64,000 nt of DNA from Bdellovibrionales bacterium RIFOXYD12_FULL_39_22 (GTDB taxonomy: Bacteria > Bdellovibrionota > Bacteriovoracia > Bacteriovoracales > Bacteriovoracaceae), in NCBI GenBank assembly GCA_001770205.1, contig MEQL01000042.1, positions 1-64,000 of the forward strand, in the 5' to 3' direction. A program made the position numbers and the translations under genes. Of this stretch, positions 1 to 9,446 are shown piece by piece. Positions within the stretch are counted from its first letter, which is position 1. Each line of letters begins with the position of its first letter. The notes below the pieces were generated by a model, which did no database searches, was not told where the DNA came from, and was given only the letters and a program-made list of their open reading frames with translations.

Positions 1-94
1 CTTGAATTTTTTTTACTAAATCTTTTAAATTTTCCATCCGAAAAATTTAGCAAACTTAGTACATTTGGCCCACTTTTATTTTACATAATTGGTA

Positions 95-559
95 TTACTT
101 TAATTCCTCTAGTGCCATCTCGACCATTACCCTAACTGTCTCATCAGGATCTTTATTCAAAGACTTTATGGCCGTAATCACTTCAGGCGATTTGCCACAT
201 TTTTTCAATGCCGATACTGTTCCTTGGCGAACGAATTTTTCTTTATCCTTAGCAGACTTCACTAAATATTGCGCATTGCTTTTCACTTCACTGCACATAT
301 CTCCAATTGCCATTGCTGCATTTGCTCGCCGTTCAGAATTGCTATCGTTAAGCAAAATTGCACTTAGTTCTTTTGATAGTTTTTCTTTTTCTTTAGTTGG
401 AAGATTTTGCATTTCCTCTAACGCTTTATTATAAACTTCGTCATAGTTTATGGCCGTATTTAACGTAACCAAACGTTCCGCAAGCGAGATGGCGGCCATG
501 GACCCAAAAGGAAAAATTAATAATAAAAAAAAGGCCTTAAATAAAAATTTAATTAGCAT
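95..559 (-). CDS. Exported HEAT-repeat protein
   Basis: 154 aa; N-terminal signal peptide; HEAT/PBS-like repeats (RRANAAMAIG, DKEKFVRQGTVSAL, DPDETVRVMVEMAL); GGAG RBS upstream. Confidence 0.7.
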   Translation of the reverse strand: MLIKFLFKAFFLLLIFPFGSMAAISLAERLVTLNTAINYDEVYNKALEEMQNLPTKEKEKLSKELSAILLNDSNSERRANAAMAIGDMCSEVKSNAQYLVKSAKDKEKFVRQGTVSALKKCGKSPEVITAIKSLNKDPDETVRVMVEMALEELK

Positions 560-596
560 GACTACTCCTGGTTATATAAATTTTTTTACCGTTCAA

Positions 597-1358
597 TTAA
601 ATGCCTCGTGATTTAATTCTTAAATCAATATTATCTTTGACCCAACTCCACAGACCACTCATTCCATTCCTGCGCAGCTGGTCTTCCCAACCAAACATAA
701 CCGCTGGCTCCACAGTCCAAACCTTTATTCTGCTGGTTGGTACATAGCTTTGCCAATTATTTCCCACTTTAGGACTAGCATACAAAATGCGAATGCTAAT
801 ATTTCTAGTTAAATATTCAAGTGGCGAAATATCTATCTTAGAGTAGGCCTGTTTTACTACCTTAACATCCTTGCCTTGGCCCTTAGGAATTTCTGGAACT
901 CCATCTGTGAGCATGATAATTGAGATCGGCGCTAATACTAAATTTTTTTGCTTAACGATAGACTTGATTCTTAAAAAGAAGGTATTGAAGTCTGTTAAAT
1001 TATCGGTCTGCCCAGAAAATTCTTTGGTTAATTTTTCTTCGATTTCGAGAGGAGACAATCCATCAAAGTCGTGAATAGGAAAAAAAGATTGAGGTTCTTC
1101 TTTTTGATCTCCTCCAATCCCACCAACATATAAATCTGTTGGACGAGAAAGCCCCTCTTCTCCCCGTAAATGGCCATACAGGTAATAGGAAAGAAACTTC
1201 ACGCCATTTTTAAAACTATCTGTAGTGGTAAAAGAACCGCTTACATCAATACCAATAAAGATAGTGTTTTTGGCCGTAGTTTTTTTTGCGCTGGACAAAT
1301 CTAGTTTGCAGCCAAACATTAATAGTGAAATTGATAGTAGCGCAATTATCCGTATCAT
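597..1358 (-). CDS. VWA-like (MIDAS) lipoprotein
   Basis: Lipobox LMFGC; DVSGS (DxSxS) motif, TD and LTDG motifs typical of vWA folds. Confidence 0.7.
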   Translation of the reverse strand: MIRIIALLSISLLMFGCKLDLSSAKKTTAKNTIFIGIDVSGSFTTTDSFKNGVKFLSYYLYGHLRGEEGLSRPTDLYVGGIGGDQKEEPQSFFPIHDFDGLSPLEIEEKLTKEFSGQTDNLTDFNTFFLRIKSIVKQKNLVLAPISIIMLTDGVPEIPKGQGKDVKVVKQAYSKIDISPLEYLTRNISIRILYASPKVGNNWQSYVPTSRIKVWTVEPAVMFGWEDQLRRNGMSGLWSWVKDNIDLRIKSRGI

Positions 1359-2569
1359 TGTTTTTTCTCCTCTTCCCCAGATATCTGTGCCAGCATTTGC
1401 TTTGTATCTTTCAAGTCTTCTAAGGTTTTTATGGGTAAAACAAAGAGATTCTTTCCAGTTAAAATAATCATAAAAAAATTAGTCATAACAGCTAACACTT
1501 GCACCGGAGGTAAAACAAAAGCACCTGTAATCTCGGTTCCCTTTGTTGAAAACCAATTGATCTCATCTTGCAACTGTCCAATCAACTGTTTAATCCAATT
1601 AAGAGGGGCCCCGACTACAGTGACACTTTTCTTAGATCCGCCTTTTTCGTCTTCCATGCCCTCGCGCGAAATTATCATAAGAAGTGTAGGCGTTCCATAC
1701 TTAGCGAAGAAAAACCAAGTGCCAGCACGAATTCCAAACCACGCCATAGCAGAAATCGTGATAACTAGGCCAGGGCCAATGAGTACAGTCTCATTGGTAA
1801 TTTGAGCAAACCACGGAGCAAGCGATTCCACAAATTCGCGATAGAAAAATAAAACTTCAATAAACATAACCATAAGTTCAATGAACAACATTTTGATAAT
1901 GGTAACTGGTTGCCTCTTGTCTATGGCCTCAACCAGTCCATGCATACAAGCGAAACTTCCTCCAATAAGCATGAATAGAAAAATCATCAATCCGGCCATC
2001 GCGGTAGCGGGATTGATTTCCGTATTTGTTAGGCCACCAATTATCTCCATGGCCATGGGAGTTAAAATGTAAGAGAAGGTTAATGCTTCACATACGATCC
2101 AAAAGAAAGTTATTAGCACCGCAATCCAGGGAAGTCCGGGAGTAGAATAACCTTTTGCCATCTTAAGCAAAATTGTAATTGGTGAAAAAACTATATCCTT
2201 GATCGTCTGGAAGGCCCCCATTACAACCAGTCTAATTGCTCCAAAAATCCAACCAACGGATAGAAAAATAAAACGGAAAATTCCCGCCCAAAAAAGCAGT
2301 ATACTTTTCCCTCCATCCCACCAAGTAATCAATACTGTGGCAATAAAATATGTCCGATTAGGCCTAAAAATTATTGTCACTAATGCCACTATAGTGGCAA
2401 TAGTTCCCACGCAAATAAACAAAGAAGGAAGTGCCAAAAAAATTATCTTTAAAGCAAACTCCTGGCCTCCAGCTTCCAGTGTCCATAAAAACCAAGCAAT
2501 TGGTGAGAAAATAATCTGCGCAAGCAGTTGCCAATTTTCCGGAAAGAGTTGAATTAACGAATCCAGCAT
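1355..2569 (-). CDS. Multi-pass inner membrane protein, unknown function
   Basis: 404 aa with about 9 hydrophobic segments; 4-nt overlap with downstream VWA gene. Confidence 0.75.
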   Translation of the reverse strand: MLDSLIQLFPENWQLLAQIIFSPIAWFLWTLEAGGQEFALKIIFLALPSLFICVGTIATIVALVTIIFRPNRTYFIATVLITWWDGGKSILLFWAGIFRFIFLSVGWIFGAIRLVVMGAFQTIKDIVFSPITILLKMAKGYSTPGLPWIAVLITFFWIVCEALTFSYILTPMAMEIIGGLTNTEINPATAMAGLMIFLFMLIGGSFACMHGLVEAIDKRQPVTIIKMLFIELMVMFIEVLFFYREFVESLAPWFAQITNETVLIGPGLVITISAMAWFGIRAGTWFFFAKYGTPTLLMIISREGMEDEKGGSKKSVTVVGAPLNWIKQLIGQLQDEINWFSTKGTEITGAFVLPPVQVLAVMTNFFMIILTGKNLFVLPIKTLEDLKDTKQMLAQISGEEEKKQ

Positions 2570-2755
2570 AGATGCCCCCTATTAAAATAAAATTATCGGA
2601 TCTTCTGCTAGTCTATCTGGCCATCTATAATTCGCAACATAGAGGATAAATTTGCTGCCTAAAGACTGATGATTGACTGATATGCTTGGATAAAAACCTA
2701 AAAAAATCTGACATCGATTGTCATATCAAAATTATCGGAAGTAGGATCATCTCCT

Positions 2756-4153
2756 ATGCATAACAAAAAAATATCATCTTTCATTTTAGTTTTCGCAATC
2801 TCTTTTCTAATCAACTGGAATATTCAAGCATCTTTTATCCAATCAGACACTTTGACTGCTGATAACATTACTCAAATAAACCAGTCCACTAAGATGGCCC
2901 ACGAGATAAATGCCTTCCTTTACAACTTTTCGCAGACTCACGACAAAGACTCTCCCCTTTCTGGCAAAGAGGTAAAAAATTTAGAAAAGATGTTATTGGC
3001 ATATTTTACTGCCATTAATGACCTAGCACTGCTTTCTCAAAAACGTTTTTCTAATCCTGAGGCCACGGCAATTCCCTTTGCTAAAATCAATATTGTTCTT
3101 TATTTGATTGTCACTCAAACGCTTCAGGCAACTTACCTAGTTCTAGAAGAAAACGCTTTTCTTCGCCATATCTGTTCAAATATTTCACAAAATAATTTCG
3201 GCCAAGATATAACTAATCTTATGGCCCACCTCCTTGTACCAAGCAACATTGAGGCCACTCACTCTCAAATTTTCACTATTAACAATGCCAGCAGACACAT
3301 CATTTTATCAAATAGTGCTGATGATGAATTAAGCAAAATTTATCAGCAAACGAGCGATTGGTTTGAGGAAAAATATCGTACAAGATATTTTGAAACACTC
3401 CGAAAAAAAGTTTCGCACACAAAAATAAGCGATACCTGGTACAATTTAGCTAGTAGGATTTTAGAAAAACTAAGTCGTATGTATGGTGAGCATGCCAGCA
3501 AAATTAGATGGCGACATGGATATCTTTACACCAACGAAAATATTAAGCAAAAAGTAAAAAACAGTCTGCGCCCACTTGATCTACTGGTAGATAAAACTCG
3601 CTACGTCTTTACAGACCTATTTCTTCCTAGTTATTTTGGCCATGCGGCAATATGGGTGGGAACACGTAAACAGTTAGAAGAAATAGGTATGTGGAACCAC
3701 CCTGCAATTCGCCCCTATCAAAAAGAGATTGAACAGGGCAAGAATATTTTGGAAGTTGTTTTGACCGGAACAAGATTAAATGACTTTGATAGCTACTTTG
3801 ATGTTGATGAATATGTGCAAGTCCGTGATCAAAGTTTACTTAATGATTCAGGCCGTGTTTTTCAAGTCTACCAAGACGCCTTCGCACAATTTAATAAAAG
3901 CTACGATTTCCTTTTTTCCTCTCAAAATTCAGACAAACTAATTTGCTCTGAAATTATCTACTACAGTTATACCTATGCTCCTTGGCAAAGCCGATATATC
4001 TTCGGCCGCTATTCTTTCTCTCCCGACGAAGTCATTGATATTCTTTTTAATCCCAATGCTGATTTTCGCTTAGTCACTTTTATGAAGGCACAAGGCCTTA
4101 CTCAGATTGACTATCCTTCACTAGAAGAGCTTCGGAAACTAGTAAAAAAATAA
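2756..4153 (+). CDS. Exported permuted papain-like amidase (YiiX/YebB-like NlpC/P60)
   Basis: Signal peptide; C-terminal domain with LRPLDLL, GHAAIWVG, YDF and LICSEII (His before Cys). Confidence 0.7.
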   Translation: MHNKKISSFILVFAISFLINWNIQASFIQSDTLTADNITQINQSTKMAHEINAFLYNFSQTHDKDSPLSGKEVKNLEKMLLAYFTAINDLALLSQKRFSNPEATAIPFAKINIVLYLIVTQTLQATYLVLEENAFLRHICSNISQNNFGQDITNLMAHLLVPSNIEATHSQIFTINNASRHIILSNSADDELSKIYQQTSDWFEEKYRTRYFETLRKKVSHTKISDTWYNLASRILEKLSRMYGEHASKIRWRHGYLYTNENIKQKVKNSLRPLDLLVDKTRYVFTDLFLPSYFGHAAIWVGTRKQLEEIGMWNHPAIRPYQKEIEQGKNILEVVLTGTRLNDFDSYFDVDEYVQVRDQSLLNDSGRVFQVYQDAFAQFNKSYDFLFSSQNSDKLICSEIIYYSYTYAPWQSRYIFGRYSFSPDEVIDILFNPNADFRLVTFMKAQGLTQIDYPSLEELRKLVKK

Positions 4154-4263
4154 AAACAGTCAAGATTATCCCCCCATTATAAATTTAGGCCTGAGAAAAT
4201 AAACTCCGATAACTTTACATGAAAAAGGCGGCAATTTGGCCGCTATAATAAGTGGGGTATTTT

Positions 4264-4572
4264 ATGGCCATAAAAATTGGAAAAATTGTAATTTCCTTAC
4301 TACTTCTCGCTTTTTTTGCCTCTGTTAAAGCAGACGATTCTGTTGTCACTAATGATGAAACAAGCATATTTAGCGAAAAAAGTTGGGCCAATTATCGATC
4401 TCACAGTCCACACGAAATAATGGGATTAATAAGCAGATCAAAAGAGGAGCGGGCGGCCATTGAAGAAAGCTTAGAAATTCGCGAACTGGCCAGCATCACA
4501 GAGGAAGAAAGAATTTTATGGGAAGAAGTTGAGTCAATTATGGCACTACCTCCCGTAATTGACTTGCAATAA
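4264..4572 (+). CDS. Small exported hypothetical protein
   Basis: Signal peptide ending VKA-DD; acidic mature part; ORF track start 4252, ATG at 4264 preferred. Confidence 0.5.
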   Translation: MAIKIGKIVISLLLLAFFASVKADDSVVTNDETSIFSEKSWANYRSHSPHEIMGLISRSKEERAAIEESLEIRELASITEEERILWEEVESIMALPPVIDLQ

Positions 4573-4695
4573 TAGCACAAGCCGCATGATAGATGTGCCT
4601 GGCCATAATAATCATCCCTATTGTATTTTTTTTTGCCTTGATTCATACTTTTGTTATCGAACTATATTGTTTAAAAAAAAGTGAGGAAATTTTTT

Positions 4696-5673
4696 ATGAA
4701 TACTAGGCCTTGGCCAATCGTCCTTTTGGCATGTATCTACTTTGTAACTCCATTTTTTAATTTTGTAACCGGCTACACTAACGTCTCAGATGAAATTAAT
4801 TTTCTCCCCTATATAGTGGCAAGTTTCTCCAGTTTATCTTCCATCATATCCGTAATTCATATGGTGGTTCCGGGAGTAATTGCTGGTATCGCAATTTATA
4901 AGGTAAAAAATTGGAGTTATCCTGTTTTTTTGGCGGTAATGGTTTGGGTATCCATTCGCATAATTTATAATTATGCTACACTTCCAGGAGTTTACTCCCT
5001 CACTTATATTTTGGTTCCCATGACAATTAATATTTTCTTTGTCTCCTACATCCTATTGCCTAACGTGCGTGCTGCCTATATTGATCCTAGACTTCGCTGG
5101 TGGGAGACCAGGCCACGCTTTAAGTGCACGGGAAGCGTCATGATTGAATGTGAAGAAAGTAATAAACGAGTAGAGGCCCAGCTAAGCAACATTGCCGAAG
5201 GAGGCCTTTTTGTACTCTCGAATCAAGAATTGAAAATGGATGCTCCCATCAAAGTTAGCATCAACATCCTCGATTTGCATATTACCTCCAAGGCCAAAAT
5301 CGTCTATCATCGAAAAGATCAGGCGAATGGATATGGAATTCAATTTACTAACATCAGTAAAGAATTTGCCCAATATATGAGGGCCGTGACTCGACGCCTA
5401 GAGCAAAATAGATTTGAAATAACTAGACCGAAACCTATCTGGACCGAAGATTTATATAATTGGGCAATAACACTATTAACAACTGGCAAGGGAATTACCC
5501 CTATTTTGCCACCCAACTATCCCAAGCCGCAGTGGCAAATAGATCCTCGGGTAGCAAAGATGCAGTTGATAATCAAGAAAGCAGTTGCCTCTTTTCAAGA
5601 AACAGTAAAACAGCTGTTAGATAAATTTAAAGAGCTTTCTAAAAAACTAGTTACCAAATTTAAGGCCCCTTAA
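4696..5673 (+). CDS. Membrane protein with C-terminal PilZ domain
   Basis: 4 TM helices, then RLRWWETRPRF...NIAEGG...YGIQF; ORF track start 4681. Confidence 0.75.
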   Translation: MNTRPWPIVLLACIYFVTPFFNFVTGYTNVSDEINFLPYIVASFSSLSSIISVIHMVVPGVIAGIAIYKVKNWSYPVFLAVMVWVSIRIIYNYATLPGVYSLTYILVPMTINIFFVSYILLPNVRAAYIDPRLRWWETRPRFKCTGSVMIECEESNKRVEAQLSNIAEGGLFVLSNQELKMDAPIKVSINILDLHITSKAKIVYHRKDQANGYGIQFTNISKEFAQYMRAVTRRLEQNRFEITRPKPIWTEDLYNWAITLLTTGKGITPILPPNYPKPQWQIDPRVAKMQLIIKKAVASFQETVKQLLDKFKELSKKLVTKFKAP

Positions 5674-6663
5674 CTCTTTAGCAATGGCGGCAATTAACGG
5701 TGGCCCCTGATAGATAAACGAGGTATATAGCTGGATAAATTTCCCACCCTCCTTCCAAAATTCCACGCAATCTGCAAAGGAAGAAAAGCCTCCTGCGCCA
5801 ATAATGGCCATTTTCGATTCTCCTCCATATTTTGCCAGTAAATGATGACGAATTATTTTAGATTTTTCATAAAGATATTTTCCAGACATTCCACCTATTT
5901 TATATGAATGATCTATTGTGGTGTTCGTAGCAATAATTCCCTCTAGTGCAAAATCGAGAACTCTTTGCGCAATATGATCGACTTCTTCCAAAGAAAGATC
6001 CGGCGAAATTTTTATAAAAATCGGCGTTTTCTCTCTATCCTTATGCCCGGCCAAGCTTTTTAATAAATTATCTAAATACTCACCGCTTTGCAGTTTGCGA
6101 AGGCCTTGTGTATTTGGGGAAGAAAGATTTACCACTATATAATCCGCAACTGGTGCAAATTTTTTATATAACAACAAATAATCGTTAAACGCTTCGGGAA
6201 TAGGAGTATTTTTATTTTTTCCAATATTAACCCCTAATGCTGCTCGGCCGTTATATTTGGCCACTCTTTGATAAACAGCCTCCATTCCTTCGCTGGGAAA
6301 ACCCATCGAATTACGCAAACTCTGCTCCCCTGGATGACGAAAAATGCGTGGACGATCATTTCCTACTTGCGGCAGCGGAGTAACCGTTCCCACTTCAACA
6401 GCACCAAATCCAATGGCATCAAAATAGTCTAATGCCACTGCATCTTTATCTAATCCCGCGGCCACGCCAATAGGAAATCTCCAATTTAACTTTCCATCAG
6501 CAGATTGAGTGATAAACTGTGGATCATCGATGGCCCTGCCAAACAATTGCGCCATTGTCTGCGGAAAATTAGCGAGAAAAAAAAGCGCTGCATTGTGCAC
6601 TAACTCTGGATCAAAGTGAAAAGCTGCTTTTCTAAATAATTCATAAAAATTGGACGCAATCAT
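5647..6663 (-). CDS. pyrD: Quinone-dependent dihydroorotate dehydrogenase (class 2)
   Basis: DPELVH, GVAAGLDK, EVGTVTPLPQVGN, NLSSPNT, KISPD, ATNTT motifs. Confidence 0.95.
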   Translation of the reverse strand: MIASNFYELFRKAAFHFDPELVHNAALFFLANFPQTMAQLFGRAIDDPQFITQSADGKLNWRFPIGVAAGLDKDAVALDYFDAIGFGAVEVGTVTPLPQVGNDRPRIFRHPGEQSLRNSMGFPSEGMEAVYQRVAKYNGRAALGVNIGKNKNTPIPEAFNDYLLLYKKFAPVADYIVVNLSSPNTQGLRKLQSGEYLDNLLKSLAGHKDREKTPIFIKISPDLSLEEVDHIAQRVLDFALEGIIATNTTIDHSYKIGGMSGKYLYEKSKIIRHHLLAKYGGESKMAIIGAGGFSSFADCVEFWKEGGKFIQLYTSFIYQGPPLIAAIAKELRGLKFGN

Positions 6664-7278
6664 TTATTGTCGATCCCTCCATTCCATTATTCCCTCTAAG
6701 TCTTTGGCCGGAAGATAATTTAATTTTACCGCCATCTCCGATAATCGATCATAGTCTGTCAAAGTAAAATATCTTAAATGTGCCTCCTCAAACTTGGCCT
6801 TCATTTTGGACATATTATAAGAGAAAATGGCCACCACTCCCATCACCTCACATCCAAGAGCACGCAATTCTTCCGCCGCCGCCAAAGAACTCTGGCCTGT
6901 TGAAAGAAGATCCTCAACTACTACTATTTTATGTTTGCTTTCAACTCTCCCTTCAACTTTATTTTTTTTCCCATGATCTTTTGCCGCCGGCCTTACATAA
7001 AGCAGTGGCAAATTCATCTGATCAGCAAGAAGGGAAGCATAGGGAATTCCGGCCGTTGCTACACCGGCGATCGCATCAACATCACTCAATTTATCTTTTA
7101 TCAAAGAGACAAACGCCTCCTTGATAAACGTACGAATTGGAGGATAAGAAAGGGTTAAGCGATTATCGCAATAAACCGGAGAAATTATGCCAGATGCCCA
7201 GGTGAATGGTTTATCTGGAGAAAAAACGAAGGCACCAATTTCTAATAAGAACTTTTCTAACGATTTACTTTCTGACAC
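6664..7278 (-). CDS. pyrE: Orotate phosphoribosyltransferase
   Basis: FTWASGIISPVYCDNR, VVVEDLLSTGQS PRPP-binding motif; GTG start after GGAGG. Confidence 0.95.
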   Translation of the reverse strand: MSESKSLEKFLLEIGAFVFSPDKPFTWASGIISPVYCDNRLTLSYPPIRTFIKEAFVSLIKDKLSDVDAIAGVATAGIPYASLLADQMNLPLLYVRPAAKDHGKKNKVEGRVESKHKIVVVEDLLSTGQSSLAAAEELRALGCEVMGVVAIFSYNMSKMKAKFEEAHLRYFTLTDYDRLSEMAVKLNYLPAKDLEGIMEWRDRQ

Positions 7279-7299
7279 AAAACCTCCTAACGACCAACT

Positions 7300-8034
7300 T
7301 CACTTAATACTCATCAATATTTTTTCAAACATCGCTACCGGATCATGAGCAGTAGTAACTTCTCGGCCAACAACTAAATAATCAGCTCCCCATTTAATGG
7401 CCTCGGCAGGAGTGGCCACCCGCTTCTGATCACCACTTTTATCAACATCCAAACGCACTCCAGGAGTAACCAGTAAAAAATCCTGGCCAAATTTTGCCCG
7501 TAGTTTGCTCACTTCCAAAGAAGAGCAAACTACCCCATCTAATCCTGCATCTTTTACCAATCCTGCCAAACGCACCACATCACTTTGTATCTCAGACTGA
7601 ATATTTAAATCTTGCCGCAAGATTTCAGACGAAGTGCTAGTTAAATGCGTGACCCCAATTAAGCGAAGCTTTTTATTTTTCTCTTTTGCTTCCTTCAATG
7701 CTCTCCTGGCACCTAACATCATTGGCCTTCCACCTAAGGAGTGCACATTAATAATAGAAACATCTAGCTGCGCCAATACCGCCACCGCTCGCTCCACGGT
7801 ATTGGGGATATCATGCAATTTAAGATCTAAAAAAATCTCTAGGTTTCTCTGACGAATTTGGGAAATAATGGACGGCCCGGCACTATAAAATAATTCCATT
7901 CCTACTTTAACAAAACATAATGGCCCACTGGGATCAAATTTATCTAAAAAATGCATGGCCTCCTTTTCACTAGAAAAATCTAAGGCCACTATGATTTTTT
8001 GACCTACTTGTCTATGCAATGAAGTTGTTAACAT
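7300..8034 (-). CDS. pyrF: Orotidine-5'-phosphate decarboxylase
   Basis: VALDF, KVGMELF, FLDLKLHDIPNTV, TPGVR, DQKR; ATG at 8034 with GGAGAG RBS. Confidence 0.95.
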   Translation of the reverse strand: MLTTSLHRQVGQKIIVALDFSSEKEAMHFLDKFDPSGPLCFVKVGMELFYSAGPSIISQIRQRNLEIFLDLKLHDIPNTVERAVAVLAQLDVSIINVHSLGGRPMMLGARRALKEAKEKNKKLRLIGVTHLTSTSSEILRQDLNIQSEIQSDVVRLAGLVKDAGLDGVVCSSLEVSKLRAKFGQDFLLVTPGVRLDVDKSGDQKRVATPAEAIKWGADYLVVGREVTTAHDPVAMFEKILMSIK

Positions 8035-9379
8035 CGGAATCTCTCCTCTCCCAAACAATTCCACCGTTGGCGATTGTCATCATAATTTTTCCAAAAAAAT
8101 AACTGCCCAAATAGGGAGTATTGGATGACAAAGATGATAATTGTGATTTATCAAAAGTAAATTCTCTATCTAAATTTATCAGCACCAAATCTGCTGGTGC
8201 TCCTAAAGAGATCCGCCCTAATTGCGAAAGAGAAAATGTTTCTGCAACCTGAGTAGACATTTTATGCAGTAGCATTGATAACGACAGCACCTTTTGCTTT
8301 AATACTAATTCTGTGTACAACAGAGGAAAAGCACTTTCCAATCCAATAATTCCAAACGGTGATTTTAAAAGTCCTTGAGATTTTTCCAAGGCCGTGTGTG
8401 GAGCATGATCGGTAGCAATACAATCGATAGTACCATCTAAAAGGCCAACAATTAACGCTTGCCGATCTTCTTCTGTCCGCAGGGGCGGATTCATCTTATA
8501 GTTGGCATCATCACTTACAATATCGGCATCCGTTAGCGTTAAATGATGAGGTGTAACCTCTGCGGAAATCTTCACTCCCCGTTTTTTATATTGACGAACA
8601 ATCTCTACACTCTCTTTGGTACTTATATGTTGGATATGTAGATGCACTCCATATTTTTCTGCCAAATCAGCATCTCGCTCTACCATTTTATATTCCGCCT
8701 CATTTCCTTGCACCGGTAATTTAAAACGCTCCGCGGCCTTCCCCTGGTTAACCACTCCACCGGCCGATAGTTGGTGCATCTCCGAGTGTTGCATAATGAT
8801 CAATCCACACTCTTGGGCCTTTTTGAAAATGCTCTCCATCACTGATTTTTTTTCTACGCCCCTTCCATCATCAGTTACTCCCACAACTCCCGCTGCGAGA
8901 TACGCTGCAAAATCCCCCACCTCTTCTCCCGCCGACCCAATCGTCATGGCCGGAATGGGAAGTACACGCACCACTCCCACTTCCTGCGCGCGTTTTTGTA
9001 TCCATGATACCATCTCCACACTATCTATCACCGGACGAGTATTAGGCATGGCCGCAATAGTAGTAAACCCACCTCGCGCCGCGGCCTTCGTACCAGATGC
9101 TATAGTCTCCTTCGCCTCAAATCCTGGCTCACGTAAGTGAACATGCATATCAATAAATCCTGCGGCCAAAAGTAAATTAGAAGCATCAATAATTTTGGCC
9201 TGGGGAGTAATCTGTTCGTAACGATTCCGGCGTTCTTTTCCTTTAAAAATATTAGCAATGAAATGATCTTTGATTATTAAATCTACAAGAACAATAGATT
9301 CTAAAGAAGAAGATACCTCTAGTATTTGAGCATTCTTAATTAAAATTTCTTCCGCTTGTCCACCGGCCATACTGATCAA
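8012..9379 (-). CDS. pyrC: Dihydroorotase (type I, long form)
   Basis: DMHVHLREPG, AMPNT, EVTPHH, KMNPPLR, ATDHAPH; start may be ATG at 9370. Confidence 0.93.
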   Translation of the reverse strand: MISMAGGQAEEILIKNAQILEVSSSLESIVLVDLIIKDHFIANIFKGKERRNRYEQITPQAKIIDASNLLLAAGFIDMHVHLREPGFEAKETIASGTKAAARGGFTTIAAMPNTRPVIDSVEMVSWIQKRAQEVGVVRVLPIPAMTIGSAGEEVGDFAAYLAAGVVGVTDDGRGVEKKSVMESIFKKAQECGLIIMQHSEMHQLSAGGVVNQGKAAERFKLPVQGNEAEYKMVERDADLAEKYGVHLHIQHISTKESVEIVRQYKKRGVKISAEVTPHHLTLTDADIVSDDANYKMNPPLRTEEDRQALIVGLLDGTIDCIATDHAPHTALEKSQGLLKSPFGIIGLESAFPLLYTELVLKQKVLSLSMLLHKMSTQVAETFSLSQLGRISLGAPADLVLINLDREFTFDKSQLSSLSSNTPYLGSYFFGKIMMTIANGGIVWERRDSDVNNFIA

Positions 9380-9446
9380 AATCTCCGATTACGTTCTAAT
9401 CAATCCGATCTATAAAATCTTGGCAGCATCCAAAAAATTTACGGCC

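Noticed and set aside
5647..5673. Convergent 3' overlaps (also 16094-16105 and 54549-54564)
   Set aside because: Short tail-to-tail overlaps are common in compact genomes
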